From assembly GCA_963422645.2 (NCBI GenBank), contig CAXXVO010000004.1:256001-320000 (forward strand): DNA of 64,000 nucleotides, read 5' to 3'. The DNA is from Alphaproteobacteria bacterium. Its GTDB lineage: Bacteria; Pseudomonadota; Alphaproteobacteria; UBA828. Made by a program: the position numbers and the translations under genes. Under the pieces are notes generated by a model. The model was given only the letters and a program-made list of their open reading frames with translations. It was not told where the DNA came from and did not search any database. Below, piece by piece: positions 1 through 10,295 of this stretch; position 1 is the stretch's first letter, and each line of letters begins with the position of its first letter.

Positions 1-548
1 AGCGTCTCCTGATCGCCGAGCACCTCGAGCTTGACCAGGGACCAGCCGCCGGCCTCGCGGGCGAGCCTCAACGTGCGCACGGCGTCCTCGCCGGTGAAGC
101 AGCCGGCGGTGTTGGGCAGATAGGTGTAGCGCTTGGGATCGACGTAATCGATCAGCATCGGCGCGTTCGGGTCTGTGACATTCACCCGGCGCACCGCGAC
201 CGTGATGATCTCGGAACCGGAGGCGTCCAGCGCGGCAGCGGTCTGCTCGAAGTCGCGATACTTGCCGGTGCCGACGATCAGCCGCGAGCGGAAGCACCGG
301 CCCGCGACCTCCCAAGTGTCGTCCTCCGCCGCTACCGGCGCGGGGTCGGCGCCGCCGCCGATGAAGTGCACGATCTCGAGCCGGTCGCCAGCGGCGACGT
401 CCGTCTCGTCGTAGGCGCTCCGGGGCACGATCTCGAGATTGCGCTCGACCGCGATCTTGCGCGGATCGAGGCCGAGCCCGGTCACGATGCTGTGAACCGA
501 CTGGGGCTCCTCGAACTCGCGGAGCTCGCCGTTAATCTGCACCTGCAT
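1..548 (-). CDS. thiG: ThiS-ThiG fusion (sulfur carrier + thiazole synthase); 3' end runs off the window
   Basis: Manual translation from ATG 548: MQVQINGE...[14 protein letters not shown]...[10 protein letters not shown] (ThiS) continues in frame into [10 protein letters not shown]...LPNTAGC...LVKLEVLGD (ThiG). Not in the ORF track. Confidence 0.92.
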   Translation of the reverse strand, partial: MQVQINGELREFEEPQSVHSIVTGLGLDPRKIAVERNLEIVPRSAYDETDVAAGDRLEIVHFIGGGADPAPVAAEDDTWEVAGRCFRSRLIVGTGKYRDFEQTAAALDASGSEIITVAVRRVNVTDPNAPMLIDYVDPKRYTYLPNTAGCFTGEDAVRTLRLAREAGGWSLVKLEVLGDQET

Positions 549-726
549 GGGTGTGTGTTCCGTACGCGTGCAACGATTCGTCGCATCGGTGCGACGTTAG
601 TTGGAGTATTGGTGACGGGCCTGACGATTTCAACAGCGGACGGCGGCAAGAAACACGCGGATTGAAGCCCGAGTCCCGGCCGTGTTAGACCGGTTATGCG
701 GGCGAGCATCACGACTCGGTGCGTCC

Positions 727-1170
727 ATGACTCTCAATATCTTGATTTTGAACGGTCCCAACCTCAATATGCTGGGGTTGCGAGAACCTGAGATCTACGG
801 GCACCAGACCCTGGACGACATTCGCGCGCTGTGCGAGAGCCACGCGGAGGGCCTTGGGCTTGTGGTTGATTTCAGGCAGAGCAATCACGAGGGCGAGCTG
901 ATTGACTGGATTCAGCAGGCGCCGAAGGCCCACGCCGGCATCATCCTCAATCCCGGCGGCTACACGCACACGTCGGTGGCCATCATGGATGCGCTCCGCG
1001 CCGTGGACCTGCCGGCCATCGAGCTGCATCTCTCGAACATCCACCGGCGCGAGCCCTTCCGCCGGCGCTCCTATGTGGCGCAGGCGGTGCAGGGATCGAT
1101 CTGCGGCTTCGGCGCGCAGGGCTACGTGCTCGCGCTCGACGGGATGCGCGCGCTCTTGAAGGAGGAGTGA
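727..1170 (+). CDS. aroQ: type II 3-dehydroquinate dehydratase
   Basis: LNGPNLNMLGLREPEIYG, QSNHEGELID and ELHLSNIHRRE motifs. Confidence 0.96.
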   Translation: MTLNILILNGPNLNMLGLREPEIYGHQTLDDIRALCESHAEGLGLVVDFRQSNHEGELIDWIQQAPKAHAGIILNPGGYTHTSVAIMDALRAVDLPAIELHLSNIHRREPFRRRSYVAQAVQGSICGFGAQGYVLALDGMRALLKEE

Positions 1171-1174
1171 CGCG

Positions 1175-1672
1175 ATGGCAGTGAAACCTGTGCCGGATCC
1201 CCGGCCAGAGGAGCCGGAGCCGATGTTCGGACCCGACGTCGAGTTGATTCGCGCACTCGCGGCGGTGCTCGACGAGGCTGGGCTCACCGAGATCGAAATC
1301 GGCGAAGGCGCGAACCGCATCCGCATCGCGCGCCAGGCCACGGTGGCGGCAGCCCCCGCACCTGCGGTTGCCGCGCGCCCAGCGCCGCTCGGTCCAGCGC
1401 CCGAGCAAGAAGCGCCGGTCGCCGACGATGCCTCACACCCCGGCGCGGTGACCTCGCCCCTCGTCGGTGTGGTCTACGTCGCGCCGGAGCCCGGCGGGCG
1501 CCCCTTCGTCACGGTCGGCGATGAGATCAGCGAGGGCGATACGCTCTTCATCGTCGAGGCAATGAAGACGATGAACCCGGTGCGCGCCCCCAGCGGCGGC
1601 CGGGTTGCCCGAGTTCTTGCCGAGAACGGCGCCCGGGTCGAGTATGGCGAGGTCTTGCTGATCCTCGAGTGA
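1175..1672 (+). CDS. accB: acetyl-CoA carboxylase biotin carboxyl carrier protein
   Basis: EAMKTMN biotinylation motif, Ala/Pro linker, located between aroQ and accC. Confidence 0.96.
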   Translation: MAVKPVPDPRPEEPEPMFGPDVELIRALAAVLDEAGLTEIEIGEGANRIRIARQATVAAAPAPAVAARPAPLGPAPEQEAPVADDASHPGAVTSPLVGVVYVAPEPGGRPFVTVGDEISEGDTLFIVEAMKTMNPVRAPSGGRVARVLAENGARVEYGEVLLILE

Positions 1673-1677
1673 GACCG

Positions 1678-3036
1678 ATGTTCGACAAGGTCCTGATCGC
1701 CAACCGGGGGGAGATCGCGGTCCGGATCATCCGCGCCTGCCGGGAGTTCGGGATCAAGACCGTCGCCGTCCACTCCACGGCGGATGCCGAGGCGATGCAC
1801 GCGCGCCTCGCCGACGAATCGGTCTGCATCGGCCCGCCGACGCCGCGCGAGAGCTACCTCAACATCCCTGCGATCATCGCCGCCGGCGAGATCACCAACG
1901 CCAACGCGATCCACCCGGGCTATGGCTTCCTCTCCGAGAGCGCGGACTTCGCGACCATCGTGGAGGAGCACGGCTTCATCTTCATCGGCCCGAGCCCGTC
2001 GCACATTTCGCTGATGGGCGACAAGATCCGTGCCAAACAGACCGCGACGGAACTCGGCCTGCCGGTAATACCGGGCTCCGCCTCGGCGCTGGAGGACGCC
2101 GCCTCGTTTGCCCAAGCGGCGGACGAGATCGGCTATCCGGTCCTGATCAAGGCGGTGGCGGGTGGCGGCGGGCGCGGCATGAAGCGGGTCGACAGCCGCG
2201 AAGAGCTAGCCACGGCTGCTGCCACGGCGCGCGCAGAGGCTGAGTCCGCCTTCGGCAATGACGCACTCTATCTGGAGAAGCTGGTCGCTGCACCGCGCCA
2301 TATCGAGGTGCAGGTGCTCGCCGACCAGTTCGGCAACGCGGTGCACCTCGGCGAGCGCGACTGCTCGCTGCAGCGCCGCCACCAGAAGGTTCTGGAGGAG
2401 GCCCCGTCGCCAGCGCTCGATGCGCGCCAACGCGAGGAGATCGGCAGCCGCGTCAGCGCCGCGGTTCGCGAGCTCGGTTATCGCGGGGTGGGCACCATCG
2501 AGTTCCTCTACGAGGACGGCGCCTTCTACTTCATGGAGATGAACACGCGCATCCAGGTGGAACATCCGGTCACCGAGATGATCACCGGGATCGACCTTGT
2601 GCAGGAACAGATCCGGGTCGCTGCCGGGGAGCCCCTCGCCTTCGCCCAGGAGGACGTGCGCTTCGAAGGCCATTCCATCGAGTGCCGGATCACCGCCGAG
2701 GATCCCGATACCTTCCGCCCCTCGCCCGGCACCGTGAGCGGCTATCACACGCCGGGCGGGCCCGGCGTGCGCGTCGATTCCGCGCTCTATGACGGCTACC
2801 GGATCCCGCCCTACTACGACAGCCTCATCAGCAAGGTGATCGCCCAGGCCGGCAGCCGGGAAGCCTGCCTGATGCGGCTGCGACGGGCGCTGGAGGAGTA
2901 CGTCATCCAGGGTGTCTCGACCACGATCCCGCTGCACCTACGCCTGCTCTCCAGCCAAGCGTTCGCCGAGAGCGACTACGACATCCACTGGTTCGAGCGC
3001 TTCGTGACGGAGACCGGCGCCGGCAACAGCGCCTAG
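1678..3036 (+). CDS. accC: acetyl-CoA carboxylase biotin carboxylase subunit
   Basis: [39 protein letters not shown] and [14 protein letters not shown] motifs. Confidence 0.97.
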   Translation: MFDKVLIANRGEIAVRIIRACREFGIKTVAVHSTADAEAMHARLADESVCIGPPTPRESYLNIPAIIAAGEITNANAIHPGYGFLSESADFATIVEEHGFIFIGPSPSHISLMGDKIRAKQTATELGLPVIPGSASALEDAASFAQAADEIGYPVLIKAVAGGGGRGMKRVDSREELATAAATARAEAESAFGNDALYLEKLVAAPRHIEVQVLADQFGNAVHLGERDCSLQRRHQKVLEEAPSPALDARQREEIGSRVSAAVRELGYRGVGTIEFLYEDGAFYFMEMNTRIQVEHPVTEMITGIDLVQEQIRVAAGEPLAFAQEDVRFEGHSIECRITAEDPDTFRPSPGTVSGYHTPGGPGVRVDSALYDGYRIPPYYDSLISKVIAQAGSREACLMRLRRALEEYVIQGVSTTIPLHLRLLSSQAFAESDYDIHWFERFVTETGAGNSA

Positions 3037-3046
3037 CGCGGACACC

Positions 3047-3718
3047 ATGTCGACGGTCGAGCTCACGCCAGCGCTGATACTCAGGGCCTACAGCTGCGGA
3101 CTCTTCCCCATGGCGGAGAGCAAGGCGGAGCGGGACGTCTTCTGGGTCGACCCCGAGACGCGCGGGGTCATCCCGCTCGACGGCTTTCACGTGCCGCGCA
3201 GGCTCGCGCGCACGGTGCGCGCCGGGCGCTTCCGCGTCACCGTGAACCGCGATTTCCCCCGCGTCGTGCGCGGCTGCGCGCGCCGCACCGGGCGGCGGCC
3301 GGAATCCTGGATCAACGGGACCATCTTCGAAGCTTACTGCGCGCTGCACCGGCAGAGGCACGCCCACAGCGTAGAGGCCTGGCAGGAAGACACGCTGGTC
3401 GGCGGCCTATATGGCGTCTCGCTGGGCGCCGCGTTCTTCGGCGAGAGCATGTTCAGCGCCGAGCGGGACGCCAGCAAGGTCGCGCTGGTGCATCTGGTCG
3501 CCCGCCTCCGGGCCGGCGGCTTCACCCTGCTCGACACACAGTTCGTCACCTCGCACCTCACCCGCTTCGGCGCGGTGGAGATGCCGCGGGCGCACTATCT
3601 CTCGCAGCTCTCGGACGCGCTCACGCAGCCCGCGACCTTCTATCCGGCGGGATTTTCCGACGCCGCGCTGTCGGCCTCCGGCGAGGCTTCGGTGCAGGCG
3701 AGCACCCAGATGTCGTAA
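3047..3718 (+). CDS. aat: leucyl/phenylalanyl-tRNA--protein transferase
   Basis: [31 protein letters not shown] and LLDTQF motifs. Confidence 0.95.
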   Translation: MSTVELTPALILRAYSCGLFPMAESKAERDVFWVDPETRGVIPLDGFHVPRRLARTVRAGRFRVTVNRDFPRVVRGCARRTGRRPESWINGTIFEAYCALHRQRHAHSVEAWQEDTLVGGLYGVSLGAAFFGESMFSAERDASKVALVHLVARLRAGGFTLLDTQFVTSHLTRFGAVEMPRAHYLSQLSDALTQPATFYPAGFSDAALSASGEASVQASTQMS

Positions 3719-4062
3719 ACCGGATGCTCCAGCGCCGCGAGGCCGGGCGTCGACGAGAACATCCAACCGGTGTAGAGGCGCGTCGCGCGGCCTAAGTGAT
3801 CGACCTCGTCGATTTCGAGGAAGGCCGCGTTCTCCGGCGGCTCCTCGGGTGGGGCGGCGTGACAGGCGCGGACGACGATTTGAAGCGTCCCGAACCGGAC
3901 CGCCCTGTCGAGCGGTGCCTCCAGCTCGGAGGTGCGGGCCACCACCTTGTCCAGCGCCTGGAGCACGGCACGCTGGCGCTCGGCCGCGGCGGCACTCGCG
4001 CCATCGGCCACGGCTGCCGCAAGCGCAGCGCCTGCGGCCAGCGAAAGGAGACTTGGCCTCAC
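3640..4062 (-). CDS. DUF2155-family exported protein
   Basis: Signal peptide, [18 protein letters not shown] and [21 protein letters not shown]; usual neighbour of aat/mlaD. Confidence 0.85.
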   Translation of the reverse strand: MRPSLLSLAAGAALAAAVADGASAAAAERQRAVLQALDKVVARTSELEAPLDRAVRFGTLQIVVRACHAAPPEEPPENAAFLEIDEVDHLGRATRLYTGWMFSSTPGLAALEHPVYDIWVLACTEASPEADSAASENPAG

Positions 4063-4503
4063 CTACTCCGTGCCGAAGGCGAATTGGCCGATCAGCTCCT
4101 CGAGCAGAAGCGAGGACTGGGTGTACGAAATACGGCCGCCGTCCTTGATAAACGTCTCCTCGGCGCCCGGCTGGAGGTCGATGAACTTGCTGCCCAGCAG
4201 GCCGTCGCTCACGACCGCCGCCGTGGAATCCGTCGGCAGCTCGACCGTCTCGTCGATACTCATGCGGAGCACGGCGCGGAAGGTCTCTGGCTCAAGCTCC
4301 CGGTCGATCACCGTCCCCACCTTGATGCCGCCGATACGCACATCGGAACCGTTGCTGATACCGTCCACACGGTTGAACGCCGCGCTCACCTCGTAGCCGC
4401 TCACCGTGGCGACGCCGCTCCTGGTATAGGCGAAGACGATGAAGCCGATGGCCACCGCCAGCACCACGGCGCCCAGCAGGGTCTCGACAAGGCTTCTGGA
4501 CAT
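4063..4503 (-). CDS. mlaD: MCE/MlaD-family lipid asymmetry protein
   Basis: N-terminal TM segment, GSDVRIGGIKVGTV and DGLLGSKFIDLQPG. Confidence 0.9.
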   Translation of the reverse strand: MSRSLVETLLGAVVLAVAIGFIVFAYTRSGVATVSGYEVSAAFNRVDGISNGSDVRIGGIKVGTVIDRELEPETFRAVLRMSIDETVELPTDSTAAVVSDGLLGSKFIDLQPGAEETFIKDGGRISYTQSSLLLEELIGQFAFGTE

Positions 4504-4623
4504 GGCGATCTCCTTCCCTGCCTCCGGGATGAGGATTGCGGCCCCGCCTCACCCAGACGAGGCCGCGCCGAGTCGCATCTTGCCACAGCGTGCCCGGCTT
4601 CGGGTAACGGCAAAGCTAGAGAG

Positions 4624-5031
4624 CTAACCCACGACCTCGCCTTCGACCATGGCGATCGCCTCGATCTCGATTTCGAGCTCGGGCAACGCCAACGACGTGA
4701 TCTCGACGATGGTGTCCGCCGGATAGGGCGGCGTGAAGAACTTCTCGCGCAGGGCGACGATCTTGCCGAAGTTGCCCATGTCCTTCAGGAAGATGGTCAC
4801 TTTGACAATTTTCGCGAGGCTGGAGCCGCCGGCCGCCAGCACCGCCGCCAGGTTCTTGAAGGTCTGCTCGGCCTGCGCATTGAAATCGCCGACGCCGACG
4901 ATGGTGCCGTCGAGGTCGATGGCGGCCTGGCCAGAGACGAAGATCAAGTCGCCGACTCGGTAGGCCTGCGCCAGCCTGAAGGGCTCGTAGGGATCGGGGT
5001 CAGTCTTTATGCGCACCGCGTTCTCGGCCAT
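4624..5031 (-). CDS. RidA/YjgF-family protein
   Basis: IFVSGQ, IVKVTIFL, YPADT and IEIEAIA motifs. Confidence 0.9.
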   Translation of the reverse strand: MAENAVRIKTDPDPYEPFRLAQAYRVGDLIFVSGQAAIDLDGTIVGVGDFNAQAEQTFKNLAAVLAAGGSSLAKIVKVTIFLKDMGNFGKIVALREKFFTPPYPADTIVEITSLALPELEIEIEAIAMVEGEVVG

Positions 5032-5139
5032 CGGTCTCCTCCCTCATTCGGTTCGTGACACAGCAGTCTCGCTTAGTACGCCGCGTGATGGTAGGACGCG
5101 CGCGCACGGCGGCAGCTGCACCAACGGGAGACATTCGAA

Positions 5140-5937
5140 ATGAGTGACACGGTGCTGATCCAGCGGGCGAACGGAATTGCCCGGGTGACCCTGAACCGGC
5201 CGGAGGTGCTGAACGCGCTCAACGACGAGCTTTGCGAAGCCCTGGTCGAAGCCCTCGCGGAGGTCGAGCGCGAGCCTGAGACCCGCGTCATGGTGCTGCA
5301 GGGCGCCGGTGGTTACTTCATGGCGGGCGGCGACTTGCAGTCCTTCTACGGCCTGCTCGAGCGGATGCCGGACGAGCGCCGGCGGCATTTCGAGACGATG
5401 ATCGACCGCGTCCACGCGATCATCCGGATCATGCGGCGGATGCCGCAACCGGTGATCGCCAAGATCGACGGCGCCGCCGGCGGCTTCGGCCTGAGCCTGG
5501 TTCTCGCGTGCGACCTCGCGATCAGTGCCGCCGACAGCATCTTCACCATGGCCTATTGCCGCATCGGCACCAGCCCCGATGGCTCGTCGACCTGGTTCCT
5601 GCCGCGCACCGTGGGCGCGAAGAAGGCGATGGAGCTCGCTCTGCTGGGCGATCGCTTCGGCGCGCGCGAGGCCGAGCGGCTCGGCATCGTCAACCGCGTC
5701 GTCTCTCCCAACCGGCTGGAGGAGGAGACCGAGGCGCTGGCCCGCCGCCTCGCCGCAGGCCCCGCCCGCGCGCTGGCCAACACCAAACGGCTGCTCAGAG
5801 ACTCAGGCCATGCTTCCCTTGAAGAGCAGCTCCAGGCGGAAGCCGAGATGTTTGCGGACTGTGCGGCGAGCGCGGATTTCGCCGAAGGGGTCGCGGCCTT
5901 CGTCGAGAAGCGCAGGCCAAGCTTCACCGGGCGCTGA
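5140..5937 (+). CDS. enoyl-CoA hydratase/isomerase (PaaG-like crotonase)
   Basis: TLNRPEVLNAL, FMAGGDL, GAAGGFG and EGVAAFVEKRRPSF. Confidence 0.92.
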   Translation: MSDTVLIQRANGIARVTLNRPEVLNALNDELCEALVEALAEVEREPETRVMVLQGAGGYFMAGGDLQSFYGLLERMPDERRRHFETMIDRVHAIIRIMRRMPQPVIAKIDGAAGGFGLSLVLACDLAISAADSIFTMAYCRIGTSPDGSSTWFLPRTVGAKKAMELALLGDRFGAREAERLGIVNRVVSPNRLEEETEALARRLAAGPARALANTKRLLRDSGHASLEEQLQAEAEMFADCAASADFAEGVAAFVEKRRPSFTGR

Positions 5938-6011
5938 ACGATGGGCGCACGCCTCGCGGGCAAGACCGCGCTAATCACCGCGGCGGGGCAAGGCATCGGT
6001 CACGCCACGGC
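5891..6011 (+). repeat. left copy of a ~120-bp imperfect direct repeat flanking the 6.0-11.0 kb island
   Basis: 5891-5948 is identical to 11017-11074. The rest differs only at third codon positions of the SDR N-terminus. Confidence 0.92.
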
Positions 6012-6020
6012 GCTGGCGGT
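5941..6020 (+). pseudogene. 5' stub of an SDR oxidoreductase (duplicate of the start of the 11067 gene)
   Basis: MGARLAGKTALITAAGQGIGHATA matches the 11067 gene, then similarity stops. Confidence 0.85.
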
Positions 6021-6129
6021 GAGAACGTCATGTCACCGCTCCATTATGGGGCGTAGCGCGAGCGATCCCGATGCCTTAGGCTGCGCCGCATGACCCTGGA
6101 CCGAACGATTGGCGGCGAGGGGCTTAGGC

Positions 6130-6832
6130 ATGCGGATTGAGCCGGAGATCGATGGCGTTTCCGTCATTCTCGTTGGCAGCTTCAATCCAGCGATCTTCAC
6201 GCCGGCCTGGTTCGCCATGCACGACCTCCTACCGGCGGGCATTGCGGACAGCGCCGACCTAGCAGTTGCTCATAAGCAGATGACAATGTTCAACGCTGAT
6301 TGGCTCCGCCTCGAGGTTACGCCGGACCAATTCAACGTGGAGACCGTTCAGGCTCCCCACGTTCGTATCCACGACCTCGTATTGCGTGTCTTCGGAGAAC
6401 ACCTTCACCACAACGCCACTCACGGCGTTCGGGATCAATCGGAATGTCCACTTTCAGGTTGGGAATCGGGCCGCAAGAGTCCAACTTGGTAGAATCCTGG
6501 CGCCAGTGGAGCCTTGGGGGCCTTGGGGGCAGGAGCTAGGCTTGGACGGCGAACACGGCGGAATGACCTCATTGACAATGACGCAGGTCGATCCTGAGGG
6601 AAGGCCCGCAGGCGGACGGATCAACGTCAAGGTGGAGCCTTCTATCCGCACCGGCAACGGACGAACCGGAGTTTATGTCGGGGTCAACGATCACTACGCT
6701 GCAGATGATACCGGGCCGGCCACCGCTGGCCGCTTAATTGACCTCTTGGAGGGGAATTTTCAAACTTCACTGAGCCGCAGCGAACAGATCGTTGACCACA
6801 TCATGTCCTTGGCAACGACCCGGGAGGCGTAG
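6130..6832 (+). pseudogene. hypothetical protein (possibly TIGR04255-like), +1 frameshift near 6412
   Basis: SVILVGSFNPAIFTPAWF...GEHLHH in one frame joins TPLTAFGINRNVHF...VNDHY in the next frame if one A is removed from CACAACG. Confidence 0.65.
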
Positions 6833-6835
6833 TCG

Positions 6836-7417
6836 ATGCTGCGGTCGGCGTATTCCATGGCGGTAGAGCATGTCGGTGAGCGGGTTGATCGCAGTAACTC
6901 TGACCATCCGGCTGCCGCCGACGTACTGGATCAGAATGTGAAGGCGGCTCTTCGAGCATCTACAGCAGCGGTGCGCAACCAGGGAGCGAATGCGGCTCCC
7001 CAGCCATTGTTTACTAATCACAAGCAGCACCTTGGCGCGGCGCGAATCATAGGCCTTCCTCCGGCGCCGACGCGTTCCGCACCAGCCGCAAGCTTCCACG
7101 CACTACAGGAGTGGGAAGGATACGTGCTCAGTGCTGACACAACCAGTTTCGTTGCGCGCCTAGTGGATGTGACTACCAGAGCATCCCACGAAGAAGAGGA
7201 AGCGGTCATCCCGCGGGCCGAACTGTCTGAGAGCGACAACGCCAAAATGCGTGTCGGGAGTATCTTCCGCTGGGTGATCGGCTACGAGCGGGCGCGGGGG
7301 GGAACAAAAAGGCGCGTGTCCCAATTTGTGTTTCGCGATCTTCCCGCGATCACTTCAAGCGATCTCCGGGAGGGCGAAGCCTGGGCACGAAAGATGGCGC
7401 GATCGCTTAATCCGTGA
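6836..7417 (+). CDS. hypothetical protein (LQEWEGYV...FRWVIGY), middle gene of the island operon
   Basis: Starts 3 bp after the previous stop; its stop overlaps the next start (GTGA). Confidence 0.7.
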   Translation: MLRSAYSMAVEHVGERVDRSNSDHPAAADVLDQNVKAALRASTAAVRNQGANAAPQPLFTNHKQHLGAARIIGLPPAPTRSAPAASFHALQEWEGYVLSADTTSFVARLVDVTTRASHEEEEAVIPRAELSESDNAKMRVGSIFRWVIGYERARGGTKRRVSQFVFRDLPAITSSDLREGEAWARKMARSLNP

Positions 7418-8091
7418 CCGCAGAGACGACGCCTCCGGGAGCAGGTGAGTTCGAACTCACACTCTTCGGCCCCGGATATGGAGAGGGAATCGTTCTGCAT
7501 GTCGGCGACGGCGTATGGGTCATCGTCGATTCGTGCATCGATGCTGATGGCTCACCGAGAGCTCTTTCTTACCTAGAGAGCATCGGCGTCGATCCCACCC
7601 AGGCTGTCGCTCTAGTCGTCGCGACGCATTGGCACGATGACCACATTCGTGGGATGGAGCGACTGGTCGAGACCTGCGGCCAAGCCATATTCTGCTGCGC
7701 CTCAGCGTTATGCCAAACGGAATTTCTCTCGGCCGTCGATGCCCTTGAACGCCGCCATCTCTCCGTCACTGGTTCGGGCGCACGGGAGCTTTACAAAGTG
7801 TTCACGCTGCTTGTGGAGAGGAAGTCGACACCAACGCACGCAATATCTAATCGGCGAGTCTTCGCAAATGGGGCATGCGAAATTTGGTCGCTTTCGCCTG
7901 ACAATGTGGCCTTTCAAGGTTTCCTGGTAACTGCCCAGGTACCCCCTCTCTCTTATGGAACAAGCCAGTTCCTTTTGCGTCAACGCCCCCACGCCGCGGG
8001 GGTGCCTACTCTCTTGAGCGCGAGAGGATGATGAACGCCGCGTCGCGAACAAGATGAGAGGACAGCGATACTCAGGATGAGCCGGAGAAGT

Positions 8092-9633
8092 TCAGGAGCG
8101 CAGTATAGGGATCAGCTGCATCGGTTCCGGGTGCGCCAGGATTTGCAGGATGTTCCAGCCTTGCTTTCGAGCGGTGACGATGACGCTGCGCATTCCGGCG
8201 AAGTTGCAGGCGCCTTGCAGGGAGCGGAAGCCGCCTGAGATCTTCTCATGCACTTTGTTCATACGGATGTCACGCTCCGCCTCGTTATTCGTGAACGGCG
8301 TGCGCAGGTCGGTGAGGAAGCGCAGGCAGCCCTCCTTATGCTTTTGAAGGCGGCGCGCGAGGTTGTGGCCGATGCGGCGTTTCTTTCGCCCTCGCTTTGC
8401 GATCTGGAGCGGCGGTTGGGCCTCATGGAAGGCGATGGCTTCTTCGAGGATACGGTCCCATGCCCTTGAGATGCGGGCCACCAGGGAGGCGGGGACTTGA
8501 CGGTCTTTCTCACGGGCGAAGCGGGCGGCCCTGCGCGCGCGCTGAAGCAGGCGGTGCATGCTCGCCGCCCATTCCTCCTTCTCGATGTCGATCAGGGCCT
8601 GGAGTTCGCGCAGGTGATGTGCGTTGCAGGCGCCGTGGCGGACGCCCTTGATGGTGAAGTAGGGGGCGAAGTCGTCGTGGACGAGGATGCCTTTCAGGTT
8701 CTTTTCGACACCGCGCGCGCTCACCTCGCCGATGCGCAGGACGGTGAGCAACGGGGTGCACAGCACATGGAGCCAGCGGGTACGGGCGGCGATACGCAGG
8801 CCGGTCTCGTCGAGGTGCTTGACCGGCGCCTGCGTGCGGATCAGATCGGCGACATGGTCGAGGAAGCCCTCGAAGCGCTGCGCTGTGCGCCGGCCCATGG
8901 CGGCGATCGTGGCAGTGGAGATGGACACCGCGAAGATGTCGCTCATGAGTTCGGCCAGACGCTTCTCGGGCACGAACTGGGCGTACAGCAGGTAACTCAC
9001 CCAAGCGGTGATGCGAGGGCCGTACTGGACCGGGGCGGTGACGCCCGGCGGGAAGGCGGCTCGTGTCAGCGTGCCGCATGCGCCGCAGAGGCAGCGATGG
9101 GCGCGGTGTTCGGTGACCTCGAGAGGCTGCGGCTCGGGTACGTCGAAGACCTGCCGACAGGCGGGCGCGCCTTGCCGGTCGGCGTCCGAGAGCTCGACGC
9201 CACAGCCGGAACAGGTGGAGGGGTGGTGATCGACGACACGGTCCGGGCTGTCGCTCCGCGCGAGGGTGGTTCCCTTGTGGCCGGGCTGGCCGCCACTGGG
9301 CCCGCCGGACTTTCCGCGCTGGCTTTGGGTGCGCCTCTGGGCTCCGCTTTTCTTCTTGAGCCCGTCGCTGGCGGGGGGCTTGCTGCTTGTGGTGCTGTTG
9401 AGGGCCGCGCTGCGCTCGAGTTCGGCGATGCGCTCGCGCAGGGCCGCGTTCTCCTGCTCGAGTGCGGCATTTTCCCGGGCGAGCGCGGTGGCTGATCGCA
9501 GCAGCCCCTGCCCCCATTCCCGGACGGCAACGACGACAGTGGTTGCGAGGGATGATGGCTCGAGAAGCTCCTTCAGGCAGCAGAAGGCCTCGTTACGGGC
9601 GGCGAGGTCTTCGTGCCAGTGCGACACCGTCAC
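8092..9633 (-). CDS. IS66-family transposase
   Basis: Coiled coil, NSTTSSKPP, GGQPGHKG, Zn finger, HLDETG, HDD, CNAHHLREL and TNNEAERDIR. The GTG start at 9633 overlapping the MTase stop is inferred. Confidence 0.92.
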   Translation of the reverse strand: MTVSHWHEDLAARNEAFCCLKELLEPSSLATTVVVAVREWGQGLLRSATALARENAALEQENAALRERIAELERSAALNSTTSSKPPASDGLKKKSGAQRRTQSQRGKSGGPSGGQPGHKGTTLARSDSPDRVVDHHPSTCSGCGVELSDADRQGAPACRQVFDVPEPQPLEVTEHRAHRCLCGACGTLTRAAFPPGVTAPVQYGPRITAWVSYLLYAQFVPEKRLAELMSDIFAVSISTATIAAMGRRTAQRFEGFLDHVADLIRTQAPVKHLDETGLRIAARTRWLHVLCTPLLTVLRIGEVSARGVEKNLKGILVHDDFAPYFTIKGVRHGACNAHHLRELQALIDIEKEEWAASMHRLLQRARRAARFAREKDRQVPASLVARISRAWDRILEEAIAFHEAQPPLQIAKRGRKKRRIGHNLARRLQKHKEGCLRFLTDLRTPFTNNEAERDIRMNKVHEKISGGFRSLQGACNFAGMRSVIVTARKQGWNILQILAHPEPMQLIPILRS

Positions 9634-10295
9634 GTGTCTTCGGCCTCGACGGCCATCATGGCGGCGAGCACGGCGAGGCGTTCGCCCGGCGGCAAGGCCT
9701 GGTAGCGCCGGCCCCAGTTGGCTGCCTTGCGCTTGATGCGCTGGCGGTCGGTGAAGTTCCGGCCTGCGTGGCTGGCCCAATGCATCCGGTCGGGGGCGTA
9801 GTTGAACCAGACGACCTCGGTTCGCACCAGACCCTGGGTCGTGACCTGCAGCGCCAGCCGGCGCCATCCCGCCAGCACCTCGTCATAGAGCGCCGACGGA
9901 TGGCCCGAGATCATGACCTGGCAGGGCAGAGCCTTGAGCAGCGCGAGAAGCGCGACGTGGCCGGCCTCCTCGTACTCGAAGCGGTAGCGCTGCGCCGAGC
10001 GGCGGGTCGCGTGCAGATAGGGCGGATCGCTGTAAACCAGCTCCGGGCCCAGGAACGGGAACGAGGCCAGGAAGTCATGGGCACAGCCGTGAACCAGATC
10101 GACCGGGTAGTCGCAGACGAAGGCCTCGAGCGCCTGCGCATCGCGGTCGATGCCGATCGAACGCACGGCCGGCGGCTTGCGCTTCATCAGCGCCCCGCCC
10201 CCAAGGTGGCTTTCGATGTAGACGGAGTGCGGCGGCATCAGCGCAATCAGCGCTTGGCACAGACCTGCTGTCGCCTTCGAGCCGAAATACCCCAT
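9630..10295 (-). CDS. Dam/D12-like N6-adenine DNA methyltransferase (IS passenger)
   Basis: YFGSK, YIESHLGGG (SAM binding), DPPY (catalytic), RTEVVWFNY. Confidence 0.88.
   Translation of the reverse strand: MGYFGSKATAGLCQALIALMPPHSVYIESHLGGGALMKRKPPAVRSIGIDRDAQALEAFVCDYPVDLVHGCAHDFLASFPFLGPELVYSDPPYLHATRRSAQRYRFEYEEAGHVALLALLKALPCQVMISGHPSALYDEVLAGWRRLALQVTTQGLVRTEVVWFNYAPDRMHWASHAGRNFTDRQRIKRKAANWGRRYQALPPGERLAVLAAMMAVEAEDT

Noticed and set aside
9634-9867. 591-aa transposase with a long N-terminal extension (ORF track)
   Set aside because: The extension overlaps the MTase gene in another frame; the GTGA-coupled start at 9633 is more plausible.
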